Shown in pieces: positions 1 to 12,389 of a stretch of DNA of 64,000 nucleotides. The notes below the pieces were generated by a model. It was given only the letters and a program-made list of their open reading frames with translations, was not told where the DNA came from and made no database searches. The stretch is from Octopus sinensis (Eukaryota), in contig NW_021830452.1 of assembly GCF_006345805.1 (NCBI RefSeq), positions 1 through 64,000 of the forward strand. The letters run 5' to 3'. Each line of letters opens with the position of its first letter. The stretch's first letter is position 1. Position numbers and translations under genes: made by a program.

Positions 1-470
1 TAAGACTTCGTTTTACAGAGGTCCATGAGCTATCCCCTTCTTGCATGTGAGTACTATCTTTCGAGTTAATGAATTCAGTGCTGTGGTTCACTGTGTTCGA
101 TCTCGAAAATTATACCATCAATTTCAGGAATGCTAGCGCAGACCCTCCATTAGTCACTGAAAAATTGTGATTCCTGGAAGAATCGACTGACGTTTGCATT
201 CCGCCGCAATTCTGACATAAAGGAAAACAAGTCTGGTTTCGCAGAACACTTCTCCGAAAACCCAGAGCTGAGGCAGGACCCTTCCTCAGTTATATTTACA
301 CCTTCAGAAGACGGTTTCGTCTATTGCAACAATGTTCCCAAGACTTCCAATCTGCTCTGGGTCGCGGAGCGGAGCGGATCTTCTTATTCACGAACGTAGC
401 TGTAGTAATCAACAGCTGTGCAGCGGCAAGCAGACTATACCTTAGCTTGTTACTGTGGAAACAGGCTCCA
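1..470 (-). pseudogene. Merlin-superfamily (IS1595/ISXO2-like) DDE transposase relic
   Basis: Minus-strand translation across stops and frameshifts gives AVDYYSYVRE...IGSLGNIVAIDETVF*RCKYN*GRVLPQLWVFG...ILPGITIF/SD*W...TVNHSTEFINSKDSTHMQEGDSSWTSVKRSL. This matches the ISXO2-like order IDE..K.KYNRGR..WVFG..I.SD.W..TVNH..W. It runs off the window edge. Confidence 0.8.
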
Positions 471-689
471 ACATGTTTGTGGCTTACGATTGGCTAAAAT
501 TACACCAAATTTAAAAAGTTTAAAAGCCATTAACTTTTTTTATTTATTAATTTATGGCAAAAAAATGAATTTCATTTCCATAATTACCATACAGAACTAC
601 ATCAAAACTATAAATTTGGAAAGGAGTCGAACAAAATTAAAAGAATTGAAAACTGTGAAGCAAACAGAAAAGATCCGTTACGGCATTTG

Positions 690-1223
690 TGTGTGTGTGT
701 GTGTGTGGTGTGTGTGTGTGTATTTGAGTCTATTGCATGTGTATATAAATGCATGTGACCAAATATCCATGTTCATGCATTTTTGTAAGTGTTTGTGTGT
801 GACAATATATATACAAACGTTTGTGCGTTAATGTATGTTTTTATCCATATGTGTACATGTGTGTGTGTGTGTATCTATAAGCGTATGTGTGTGTGAGTTG
901 TGTGAGAGTACGAGTGTGCGTGTGGTGTGTAATCGCAAGTGTGTGTGTGTGTGTACCTGTGTGTACATGTGCATGTTGGTTTAAAGTGGAAGATGGAGAA
1001 AGCAGGAAACATTATTGCAAAGTAATGAAATGTTATACTGGAAATCAATCTGGAGGGAAGATTTGAAACACACACACACACACACGCACACACAAACGCA
1101 CACACACACGCACACACACACGCGCGCGCGCGCGCAAGTACTTGTACGAACACGCTCGTATGCAAAACACATACTCGCACACACACATATCTATGTATAC
1201 ATGTATCTATGTATGTAGGCTTG

Positions 1224-1264
<41 letters not shown>

Positions 1265-1579
1265 TATATATATATATATATATATGCATACATACACATA
1301 CCCATACACACACACACACACATATATATATATGTATATATACATACATATATATTACATATATATGTATATATATGCATATATATGTATATATGTTATA
1401 TATATGTGTGGTGTGTGAGTGTACATGTGCATTATATAGTGTATATATAATATGAGTATATATATATTGTGTGTGTGTGAGTGTACATGTGCATATATAT
1501 GTGTATATATAATAGAGTATATAATATATGTGTGTATATATATATATGTATATATATATATATGTGTGTATATTATATA

Positions 1580-1641
<62 letters not shown>

Positions 1642-1660
1642 TATATTTGCATGTAAAAAT
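690..1660. repeat. compound (GT)n/(CA)n/(TA)n microsatellite field
   Basis: Direct reading; it explains the YIYI/CVCV/HTHT ORFs. Confidence 0.95.
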
Positions 1661-1957
1661 GAAGAAAGCGAAGCATTAAACTTAATAAGAAAATTTCAAT
1701 TACTCGTATAAAAAAAGTAAATAAAGCATGAAATAAATAAATTATGAATAAATATACAAATAAACAAATGGAAAAAATAAATGAGATTTTTAAAAAATTA
1801 TTTTCGAAATCCTGTATAGAAGCTGTTATGTGATCTATTTCACAGGAAGTCGTTAAATGTGACCAGGGAAAGAAACTGCTGACGAGGGAAATTTTCTGCC
1901 GTTTTATTTCAACATTCGGTTACTGCTATCGATGTTGCATCAGTCCTAAATGATACA

Positions 1958-2015
<58 letters not shown>

Positions 2016-2294
2016 ATTGATATTGATATTGATATTTTGAAATGTTTAAACTGAGGAAGGTTTATAGAATAGATGCATTTTTCCTATAATATATTAACCT
2101 AAATCTGAAGGGTACGTAATAAATGATTTCGAAATATGATTACGCTTTTGGTTTAACTACATTATAACAACAAGCACACGCACGCGCGCCCACAAATGCA
2201 TGCATACATACATACATACATACATACATACATACATACATACATACATACATACATACATACATACATACATACATGCATGCATTCATACATA

Positions 2295-2860
2295 AGCAGT
2301 TGCCCGAAAATGTCATCACAAAATTTATCTACCGATGAGACATGGTGTTGTAGCTGCTAGAGCAGTGTATAGCGACATCTGCCGGAAGGATAATCTATAG
2401 GACAAAGAAATAAGAGCCCACAGTACAGTTGAAGCCATAGCCACTCATAATAAGGAGTACTGGTGCAATGTTCCAGTGAAAACCTCAATAAAAATGTAAG
2501 CACAATAGACCTGACATAATGATTTGGGATATAGAAGAGAAACTGTGTAAAGTTTTGGAATTCAGCTGCTCAGTGGATGTTAACATAAAGCTAAAGATTA
2601 ACGAAAAAGAAAATACCTACGCTAAACTACTGAGAAATTTGCAGTTACTCTATCCAGATTACAAGTTCAGGTTTATACTTGGAGTCATTGGGATACTGGT
2701 ATACGTAACACACTACCTAAAAGCTAATCTTGATAAAATAGGCTTCTCAAAACCAGAAAGGAGAGAGATGATTCGATGACGACAAATCCAATCCATCACT
2801 GGAACTGTAAAAATTCAGAAGTTTATCATTTAAGTATATATGAGCATGTCTAGATATGCA
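2295..2860 (+). mobile_element. 3' fragment of a restriction-like endonuclease (RLE) non-LTR retrotransposon
   Basis: CPKMSSQN..RH, NKEYWCNVPVKTS, KHNRPDIMIWDIEEKLCKVLEFSC..EKENTY..GVIG.L.YV..GTVKI: the C-terminal zinc knuckle/RHD and PD-(D/E)xK layout of R2/R4/NeSL-type elements, with frameshifts. Confidence 0.85.
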
Positions 2861-2935
2861 TGAGAAGACATATATAAAACAGAACATACAAATCTGTACG
2901 TATTCATACATAAAAACATAATTACATACATATAC

Positions 2936-3348
2936 ATAGGCGCAGGAGTGGCTGTGTGGTAAGTAGCTTGTCTACCAACCACAATGTTCCGGTTCAGCCC
3001 ACTGCGTGGCACCTTGGGCAAGTGTCTTTACTATAGCCTCGGGCCGACCAAAGCCTGTGAGTGGATTTGGTAGACGGAACTGAAAGAAGCCCGTCGTATA
3101 TATGTTAATATATATATGTGTGCGTGTGTGTGTTTATGTGTCTGTGTTTGTCCCCTAGCATTGCTTGACAACCGATGCTGGTGTGTTTATGTCCCCGTTA
3201 CTTGGCGGTTCGGCGAAGAAGACCGATAGAATAAGTACTGGGCGTACAAAAGAATAAGTCCCGGGGTCGAGTTGCTCGATTAAAGGCGGTGCTCCAGCAT
3301 GGCCGCAGTCAAATGACTGAAACAAGTAAAAGAGTAAAGAGTAAGAGT
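2936..3348 (+). mobile_element. CORE-type tRNA-derived SINE (family B, OR2-like)
   Basis: tRNA-like head, CORE-like ccttgggcaagtgtctt, internal (TA)/(TG) tract and a gactgaaacaagtaaaagagtaa tail. Near-identical copies lie at 36370, 42062, 47016 and 51753. Confidence 0.9.
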
Positions 3349-3349
3349 A

Positions 3350-3650
3350 TACACATACATAATGCATACATGGATACATGCATACATACATTCATACATT
3401 CATTCATACATAGATACATACATACATACATACCTACATACACACATACATACATGCATGCATACACACATACATACATACATACATACATACATACATA
3501 CATACATACATACACACATACATACATGCATACATACACACATACATACATACATACATACATACATGCATACATACATACATACATACATGCATGCATA
3601 CATACATACATACATACATACATAAATACATACATACATACATACATACA

Positions 3651-3682
<32 letters not shown>
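3350..3682. repeat. (TACA)n tetranucleotide microsatellite
   Basis: Direct reading. Confidence 0.95.
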
Positions 3683-4018
3683 AGCTGATTTCTCATTCAG
3701 AAGTGAGTATGACTTTGCATCTTGTGCTATGCATTCTCTAATTATTTTTGGTGATTAATATTGCCATGAGCAGACACAGACGAACTTCCGACTGCTCCTT
3801 CCTCTTCACCCAGCCATATGTCGAGAATGTGATTGCTGAAAGCGGAGAGAGATTCATCAGCCCTTGGCTTCTTATTTATTGACAGCTGAGCAAAATAAAG
3901 CAATGTGAAACGAGGCGCCTTAGTTAATGATAAACGCCCGGAATCGTCTTCCCAACTTTATGATTGCCAGCCTAACATCCTCAACAGTTGGTGAGTCCCA
4001 TCACACACGCACGCACGC

Positions 4019-4075
<57 letters not shown>

Positions 4076-4099
4076 CACACACACACACATATGTGAATG

Positions 4100-4341
4100 T
4101 GTAATTCCCAGTATATAAACTCTGTCAGGTCGTCCATTAAATATAACAGTTATGTCGCACGTTCGGATGACCACTACTCAACTGAACTCTACTCGTCGAC
4201 TTCTCTCCTGACGTCTAGACTTCTCTCTCTATATCTACGTATTGGGCTAGCCTACTTCATCGTCTGGGGGCGTCCACACAACACAAACACACTGTCAACT
4301 TGATAGTTCATTGGGCGCACGACTAACTAATCCGGTTCACA
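4100..4341. mobile_element. possible solo LTR
   Basis: About 240 bp of unique sequence starting TG and ending CA, with a tatataaa motif. No TSD found. Confidence 0.25.
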
Positions 4342-4489
4342 TCACTCATATAAAAAAGATTGCTATGGTGTCCATGAGTAAGGAAGTACACGGAAGCTGA
4401 TTAACCCGAAATTTTATTCAGATGATAGAAAATGTTTTTCAATCGACAATACACAATAGAAATCACAGAATATGCAACTCAAAAGAAAT

Positions 4490-4760
4490 ATTGCTGCGTT
4501 TTTAATAGCAAAGAGAAAAAAAATATCGATTATTTGGTCAACATTTTTGCCGATAGCCATGTTGCTATCCGGTCGTTCAATACTAAATATTGTTGTACTG
4601 TTTGACTGTATTCGATCCATTGTATACTTTAGATATATCTCCATTCAACTACAGCCGCTGAAACCGCGCTCTGTTGAGCACGATGAAGTAGGAATGGTTA
4701 CCAAGATACCAGTCTACTTGTTGAAGACTTGAAGAATGCCATGAAGATCGTTTTTATAAA
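4490..4760 (-). pseudogene. hAT transposase C-terminal dimerisation domain relic
   Basis: Minus strand reads ILVTIPTSSCSTERGFSGCS*MEIYLKYTMDRIQSNSTTIFSIE...VDQIIDIF, matching the hATC motif TIP.SS.S.ERSFS...YLRSTM...LSIE...D.IID.F. Confidence 0.7.
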
Positions 4761-5378
4761 CACTTTCAGCAACTCCACCTGTAGTTGTAAGTGAACCTGA
4801 CGGGTGTGTTATGGTCCGTGACAAACTTTGTATAAATTACCTTTTCTACCTTTAAGAAAGCCGAAACAATTCTGTAACGTAATGTAACAATTTGCTATCG
4901 CTCGTTTAAGTCATCTAACACATCAAGACAGATTGTACGAAATATTTCACGGATTCCATTTCCAAAATAATCTCATCTGCCTTAAAATATAAGGTAGATA
5001 TATATACTTTGGCAGAGTTTGGCATTTTGACCTAGTGGCACTTCTCTGACTGGTTTTCTAATCAGATCTTGTAATCTACGAGATAATATTTTGTTTCATT
5101 GTGAAATTCTTGATTCTTTGAATTAGAATCGTGTGATGTGTATAATTTCTTTGATAATTTCACCGAACATTTCAACTCATTTCCAGACACTTACCATATT
5201 TTCCTCTACAGGGAGAAAACTACACAGGCATAGCTTCATAGTTAAGAAGTTCGTTTCGCAATCATGTTGTTTCAATTTCGGTGACGCGCAAGTGTCTTCT
5301 ACCGTGGCCTCGGAACGATTAATGCCTTATTCGTGGATTTAGTGGACAGAAACTATTTAGAAGCCTGTCGTATATGTA

Positions 5379-5582
5379 TCAGGTTGGAAAGAAAATTTTA
5401 TGCCTTGGTGGTTAAATCCGTATCGATTTTACCTTTTTAAAATGAAGTAAAATCAAAACCCATATCGGACATGGCACGTTGTGTGAATTCAAAAGGGGAT
5501 CCTCAGAAATGGAAGCAGCAAGAAATATTTGTTTCGTCAATGGAAATAATGCTTTAAATGTCTAAACATGGCAATGATGGTT
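5379..5582 (+). mobile_element. mariner 5' end relic (TIR plus N-terminal HTH)
   Basis: TA-tcaggttgg start, then HIGHGTLCEFKRGSSEMEAARNICFVNGNNALNV*TWQ*W, resembling the mariner HTH HIRH.MLYEF..G.SA.EAARNIC..YG..AL..RT.Q.W. Confidence 0.6.
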
Positions 5583-5672
5583 TAGTCATTGTAGTTCAGT
5601 CGTCTATCTGTTTGCTGTATGCTGTACGTAAAAATGCGTTAACAATAAAACTGTGTGGCCGTATATTGTATA

Positions 5673-5900
5673 CGAGCTGGCAGAAACGTTAGCGCGCCGG
5701 GCGAAATGCTTTGTGGTATTTCGTCCGCCGCTACGTTCTGTGTTCAAATTCCGCCGAGGTCGACTTTGCCTTTCATCCTTTCGGGGTCGATTAAATAAGT
5801 ACCAGTTACGCACTGGGGTCGATATAATCGACTCAATCCGTTTGTCTGTCCTTGTTTGTCCCCTGTATGTTTAGCCCCTTGTGGGTTGTAAAGAAATGCG
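5673..5900 (+). mobile_element. tRNA-headed Nin/Deu-domain SINE (family A, OR1-like), tail-1 monomer
   Basis: gagctggcagaaacgttagc head, B-box-like gttcaaattcc and gaggtcgactttgcctttcatcctttcggggtcgat core. More than 15 copies in the window. Confidence 0.9.
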
Positions 5901-6289
5901 TATATTATACAGACATTATTACATCAAAGGCAGATTGAAAAGCTGTGAAATTTTGTCTAATGATCAAGAAACTCGGGGAAAGAGGAGCGTTGGGAATAAT
6001 TCCTCTGTCGTCCCAAAGTAACAAGGACAAAACTCGGAATGTTATTGATCAAGAGTTTAATTGATTAGTCAGCAAAATTTAATCCAATTCGAATCATAAT
6101 TAATATGCCATCGTTGTTAATTTGCTAATATTTTTGCTTTCGTTTTCCGAATTTTCCTCACATTTTTATCGGAAATTGATAGGTTAGTTACCTCAACAAA
6201 CCCTAAATTGTATGCCTTTTTCATAGGTTTGCTGAAATAGACCTGATTAGAAGCTGTACAAAGTCAATGAGTCTACCTATATGTGGTAT

Positions 6290-6650
6290 GTCCATTTGCT
6301 AGAAATATTAACCAGTTTTTTCTCAAAGACACGCCGCAGTCTTTAATAAAGGACACATTGTAGTTTAGATACGTTATACCTAAGTAAATAAAAAAAAGTG
6401 GGATGGTCACAAAAGGAATGTCTGCAATCATAGGTCCCTTCAGATAATGTTGACCTGGGTCTAAACAACAATAAAGTATGTCGATAATACAATACTGTAA
6501 TCTCAACGTGGTCACTTTATCTGCTAGAAATAATAACCAAATCCATCTCCCCTTAAAACACTGTCTTCTGTCTTAAAATAAAAGGACACATTAGATAATA
6601 CAACTCTAGATACACAATGTGTGAAATTAAGGGACAGGATTATCACAAAA
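6290..6650. repeat. two degenerate copies of an old dispersed repeat
   Basis: Motif tgctagaaata..aacc..tctt..aaaaggacacatt..tagatac occurs twice. Related segments lie near 11930, 20520-20650, 27550-27690, 41170-41290 and 45290. Confidence 0.5.
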
Positions 6651-6861
6651 GTATCTTCTATTTCCAGTAGGTGGAAGCACCTCATACGGGCTTCCTCGTT
6701 TGCACAGTCGAATAATGCGCCGTATTTATCGACTGCATCCTCCTTATTCTTTGAATATGAAATCTGCTAAAGTGGTGAGGAAACGTTAAAGGGGCAAATT
6801 TTAAGCCTTTAGATTAAATCAATCTCAATAGATTAACAAAATACAATCAAAATCATAAATA

Positions 6862-6983
6862 ATATTCTTTTCTACTCTAGGCATGAGGCCCGAAATTTTG
6901 GGGAAGGGAGCCAGTCGATTAGATCGACCCCACTACGCAACTGGTATTTGATTTATCGACCCTGAAAGGATAAAAGGCAAAGA
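6862..6983 (-). mobile_element. family A SINE 3' fragment (tail-2)
   Basis: Reverse complement of the Nin/Deu core plus the ccccaaaatttcgggcc...tagagtagaaaagaat tail. Confidence 0.8.
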
Positions 6984-7371
6984 TTCGATTACAACTAGGG
7001 TTGTAATCGAACGAGACAGAAAGAAATATAGGGGGTTAAATGCTGGATTTTAAGGGGTTTCTTGGTACCAACGCGTATACGTCAGCAAAAAAAAAAGAAA
7101 AAGAAAATTTAGTTCAATAAAGAAACCGTCAAGCCATACCACCCCCAACTAAAATACAAATAATGGTACCATGTCATGAGCGCAAGTGAATTCTCAACGG
7201 TGTATCTAATTGCTTCTCTGCTAAAAGAAACTAATTTTGTTGCTTTTTATTTTCGTATTTATTTTTGTTGTGGAAAACAGATTTTGGTATTATTGCTGTT
7301 GAAATCATTATTAAAAATTAAAAGAAATCATTAAAAATAAAAAGCCTTCTGATATCGAAATTACAAACAAA

Positions 7372-7530
7372 TATCACCACCACCACCACCATCACCACCA
7401 CCACCATCATCCCCCACCATCCCCACCACCACACCACCCCCACCACCACATCATCATCATCATCATCATCATCTCCTCATATCATCAGTATTATTAATTA
7501 TTATTATTAATTATTATGTTATTATTATTA

Positions 7531-7584
<54 letters not shown>

Positions 7585-7589
7585 TATTA

Positions 7590-7624
<35 letters not shown>

Positions 7625-7667
7625 ATTATTATTGTTATTATCATTATTATTATTATTGTTATTATTA

Positions 7668-7720
<53 letters not shown>

Positions 7721-7747
7721 GTAATTATTATTATTATTATTATTGTA

Positions 7748-7785
<38 letters not shown>

Positions 7786-7950
7786 CAATTATTATTATTA
7801 TTATTGTAATTATTATTATTATATTATTATTATTATGTATCATTATATTATTATTATTATTATTATTTTATTATTGTAATTATTATTATTATTATTATTG
7901 TAATTATTATTATTATATTATTATTATTATTATTATATATTATTATTGTA

Positions 7951-8003
<53 letters not shown>

Positions 8004-8030
8004 CATTATTATTATTATTATTATTATTAG
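7372..8030. repeat. (CAC)n-(CAT)n-(ATT)n trinucleotide field
   Basis: Direct reading; about 540 bp of ATT with periodic gta/tca interruptions. Confidence 0.95.
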
Positions 8031-8267
8031 CAATTTCCCGTTCAGTTCGAACAAATATCTGAGAAGAGTGTTTACAGATTTTTTTCTTTTTTCTAACTAG
8101 TTTATGTTGGCTTCTTTGCAAGTTGACGTAGCACCGTCGCAATTTATCTCCGTTTGTGATGTGAGATCAGAATTGAATTAACCAGACGCCATATGGCCGT
8201 CATTTCTTAGCTGATACTCGTAGAACAGTTTATATATGGGACGATAAATAATTAAAAATTGAATATT

Positions 8268-8470
8268 TATATATATATAAAATTACTTGTTTACTGGTCT
8301 GTTTGTTACCAATGGACTCGAAAACCAGAAAAACCAATCACGTTCAAACTTAACATGAAAGGTCCTTAGACTCGGCTATAGGTTTCCCTCAAATTTGGAC
8401 CAATATTCTTTTAAGGAACAAGAGATAGTCCTCATTCAACGAAAATTTGACTCGACCGTTAGTTTTGGTT
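8268..8470 (+). mobile_element. possible non-autonomous Helitron-like element, 5' part
   Basis: tatataaaa..gtctgtttgttacc..ctcgaaaacc..aaccaatc..ttcaaactt resembles the 5' organisation of Helitron-derived non-autonomous repeats. Recognised from memory only. Confidence 0.3.
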
Positions 8471-8646
8471 ATTTCCGAAAAATAAATGGAAGTTAATGCA
8501 GTATGTGTGTGTTACGTGCTGTTGTTAATGTGTCCACCGATTTTTCTCTCGTTAATTGACTTCATGTGAAGGAACAGAAAATACCTTCATCCTGGTTGGC
8601 GCCGTACCAGGAAATTGCAGCCAAATGACATTAGATATACACCCTC

Positions 8647-8699
<53 letters not shown>

Positions 8700-8819
8700 G
8701 TCTGTCTCTGTCTGCCTTTCTGTCTGCATTTCCGTCTGTCTGTCTGTCTCTCTCTCTGTATATATACATATATATATCGCCAAACAGTGTTTTGGCATAA
8801 GTAAAATTTAGGTTAGTTA

Positions 8820-9470
8820 AAATATGTTTGTGACACACTACCAGTAAAATTGTTAAGTTGACGAAACTTCCAAATGCAACAATTTATCATGGGTATAAAC
8901 AATTTAAAGAAGAGAGGAAAATTGATGGAAAAGAACACAAGACTCGAAGTGATTCCAGGCGCAATCCAAAGTTCCTCGCTGGCCTCAAACGTTCGATTGA
9001 AGCCAACCCATCCAGATCTATGATGACTCTCGCAAAGAAACGCAGTGTGTCCCTTTCCACGATGTCCAGAGGTGTGAGTAGGAACCTTGGCATCACTAGC
9101 TATGTTCGATGACAGCCGAAGCCAAAGCAATCAGAGCCGAGAGATGCCTAAAGCTTTTCGCATTCATCAAGCATCAAGATGCAGGAAAAACTCTCGTGTT
9201 TGTGGATGAGAAGAATTTCTCTTGTCGACGCTGAGGTGAATCGCAGATATTCTCGAGTGATTGCATACAACCCTTCTAACGCTCCCACTGTATTTGAGAC
9301 TAAGAATCCTGCCACTGTGATGGTATTTGGGGCCGTGGCGAGTGATGGAAGTGTTAAGGAACCACACTTCACTAAGTCTGGCTTGAGATCGGCACAAAGG
9401 AGTATCTGGGCATCCTGAAGAACTCTCTGTTACTTTGGATAGAGCAGAAGTTTGGGCTTGACAATGTGGG
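8820..9470 (+). pseudogene. Tc1/mariner (IS630-Tc1-mariner) transposase relic, 3'-truncated
   Basis: HTH region KRSIEANPSRSMMTLAKKRSVSLSTMSRGV, first catalytic D in FVDEK, then KNPATVMVFGAVASDG..PHF..GLKI..EYL.IL..LLLWI. It breaks off at a (TA)n tract before the second D. Confidence 0.85.
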
Positions 9471-9544
9471 TTAATATATATATATGGTATATTATATATA
9501 TATAATATATAATATATATATATATAGATATATATATATATACA

Positions 9545-9930
9545 AGACAAGATAAGAAAATGGAGAAATAATCTAAATCAATATCAATTACCAGATGATA
9601 CTCAATCACATACTTTATTAAACCACCACATAAGAGATTGTAGGGTTAAATATAAAAAGCAGAACAAATCAGTGTACATAAAGGATGTGTACATAAAAAA
9701 GTGTACATAAAAGAGTAATGTTGTATAATAAGTAGAATATATATAAAAGAGAATATAAATACAAGTAAATATAAATATAAGTATAAATTAGATCTTACAC
9801 CTGTTTCGGCCATGTCGATAAGTATGTCTCATTTTACCAATATTAGCCCTTTATGGTTGGTCAATATATAGATATAAATGAGACATTTACAAAAAAATAT
9901 CACAAGGCCTCTTCGGACCCCTATCTCAAT
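9545..9930 (-). mobile_element. (TA)n-embedded repeat with a degenerate hammerhead motif (probable Penelope-like terminus)
   Basis: Flanked by (TA)n. The minus strand has ccgaaga-ggcc...long internal stem...ggcc-gaaac-aggt-gta. Confidence 0.4.
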
Positions 9931-9935
9931 TTGTA

Positions 9936-9969
<34 letters not shown>

Positions 9970-10527
9970 TATGTACATATATGTAAATATACGTGTATAT
10001 ATCAATATATTGACTCCGGTATTATTTTTGGTCGTATACGCAGGTGGTAGAGGTGAATGAATTAGATTTAGCATGTATATAAATATGAACATTATACGTT
10101 ATTCGTATGGGTATGTATAAATGTTTATAATTATGTACAATGTGTTATGCTATACTGATGTCGGTAAAGTCATTTACATCTCTAAACTAGAAATGGATCT
10201 ACGGTTAAACCCCTTTTTAAATAAAATCTTTGTTCACTGAAATAGCTAATGGAGTAAATAATGTAGTTCTTAAAGCCATTTGGCGTCTATTTCCAGGATG
10301 TGGCACTACTTATTAGTGCCCTTATTATAGTTATATTTATATAATTATACATTTTGTATGCACACACGCATACATACACAAATACACATATACATACCAA
10401 GAATTAACGCAACCAAACTTCTACATGTTACTTTTGACAATCTTTTTCCAAAGAGTGAAACCGGTAAAGTAAATAAACATCTTTTAATATATGCATATTA
10501 CTCATATATCCCTCTTCGTATATATAT

Positions 10528-10578
<51 letters not shown>

Positions 10579-10734
10579 ATATATATATATGCGTATTAGA
10601 AGGTTTGGAGATGATGTACAGATATTTTATATTAGAAGAAATGAGTACTCAGAAATTCGGATGGTTTTATATTTACAGATATATATATTCTCCAGGTAAG
10701 TTTTTATATATATATATATATATATAATATTATT

Positions 10735-11095
10735 TATGGCTGTCCACTAGTGACCGGAGAAGACCATCATTGACCATTGCGTACAAAACGTCAGCAATAA
10801 CAGTGCATGAGGTTATTGCACTAGCTGTAAGTTTCACCTAGAACCACGCCCGCACCTTCCTCGCTCCCCACGGCGTCATCCTGCTAAACCATTGAATCTA
10901 CATTGAGTTCATCCCTCCAATTAACAGGTCCCGTTCTTAGTCCTGGTGGGATTTTAGTAATCCTACTCGCCAGGCAAACCTAGTGGGGGGTGGTGCCAGT
11001 TTAGTCGCCAACGACCTGACCTTACAACAGGTTGTACTAGAGTGCATGTTACCAGTAGCACTCATGAAAGACCACACAAATGACGTGAACCAATA
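10735..11095 (+). mobile_element. (TA)n-embedded unique-sequence repeat, possible Penelope-like terminal repeat
   Basis: About 360 bp, GC-richer, bounded by (TA)n. It contains a very degenerate hammerhead-like string (ccggagaagacc...aaaacgtcagc) and ends with tgacgtgaaccaat. Confidence 0.35.
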
Positions 11096-11115
11096 TGCAT
11101 GCATATATGATATAT

Positions 11116-11160
<45 letters not shown>

Positions 11161-11230
11161 GTATATGTATAATATATATACGTATGTGTGTACATAGATG
11201 TACACACCTACATATATATATGTATATGTG

Positions 11231-11269
<39 letters not shown>

Positions 11270-11276
11270 TATATAA

Positions 11277-11330
<54 letters not shown>

Positions 11331-12243
11331 TATATATATGAATATATATGCGTACAGATTTATACATGTATATATACATACACACTTTACACACTTCCAC
11401 ATGCACACACACGCACGGGCACATGCGCGCGCACACACACACTCACGCACACACACATATAATGTGGAATTATATGCTCCATATATATTTGATTAACCAA
11501 TCTAATCTCTAGAATCAAATATTTCTATATCAAACACACACACACACACACACACACACAAATAAGCAAACACGCATGCATATTGATTACCAACACACCC
11601 CCCTTCACACACATTCATATGCACACATATGTAAGAATACGTATTTATATACACACACATACTGACACATACATTCCTTCATATACACGCGCACATACAC
11701 AAACGATCATACGCATGCACATACATACATACATACATACATACATACAGACGGATGCATGCCTATATACACATATAGTCCGGAAGTAGACATGAAACAT
11801 AAGCTATTCCATATTTCATTAATTGTTTTACCGGCATTAATTAAATAGTTTAGTGGATGGGATGGGGGTGGCGAATTTTGCACCATCTAATCCTTCCCCA
11901 TTACTTTGCCAACAAGAAGACTAAGCCATATCTAGAAATAACAGTCAAATCACAACCCGCCTCTTTAAAAATAAGAAGGACAAATTGATTGGACAAAATA
12001 GACATGAATATTCAATATTCTTCATATATTTCTGGTGATTCAAGTCCATTTGAACAGCGGCCACGACGAGGCAACAGCGTGAATGATTTGTAGCTCATCA
12101 CATCAATGATTGTACTGCCTGGTTATATTTATCTCTGGTACTCATTTTATCGATTTCTAGTTCCGACTGTTAAGTTATTTCTAGCAGCTAGACCGATGAG
12201 TACAGAGAAGTTTATCTCTAGCTGCGAATGTTTCTAATTCGTA

Positions 12244-12375
12244 AGGCAGTGAGCTGGCTGAACCGTATCACTCCGGGCAAAATACTTAGCGGCAATTCAT
12301 CTGTCTTTACGTTCTGAGTTCAAATTCAGCCGAGGTCGACTTTACCTTTCATCTTTTCGGGGTCGATAAAATAAG
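12244..12375 (+). mobile_element. family A SINE, 5' half
   Basis: Head plus Nin/Deu core, truncated. Confidence 0.8.
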
Positions 12376-12389
12376 TCGCATTGCCTTAT

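Noticed and set aside
875-1711. Many ORFs of YI/CV/HT/MYVC type, here and throughout the window
   Set aside because: They are translations of di- and tetranucleotide microsatellites with no coding signature.
1850-1900. ctgacgaggg hammerhead-like start (also ctgagga at about 30529)
   Set aside because: No intact GAAA half or closing stems.
7516-8054. Poly-N/poly-I/poly-Y ORFs (also poly-Q at 19602)
   Set aside because: They come from trinucleotide repeats with no flanking coding sequence or splice context.
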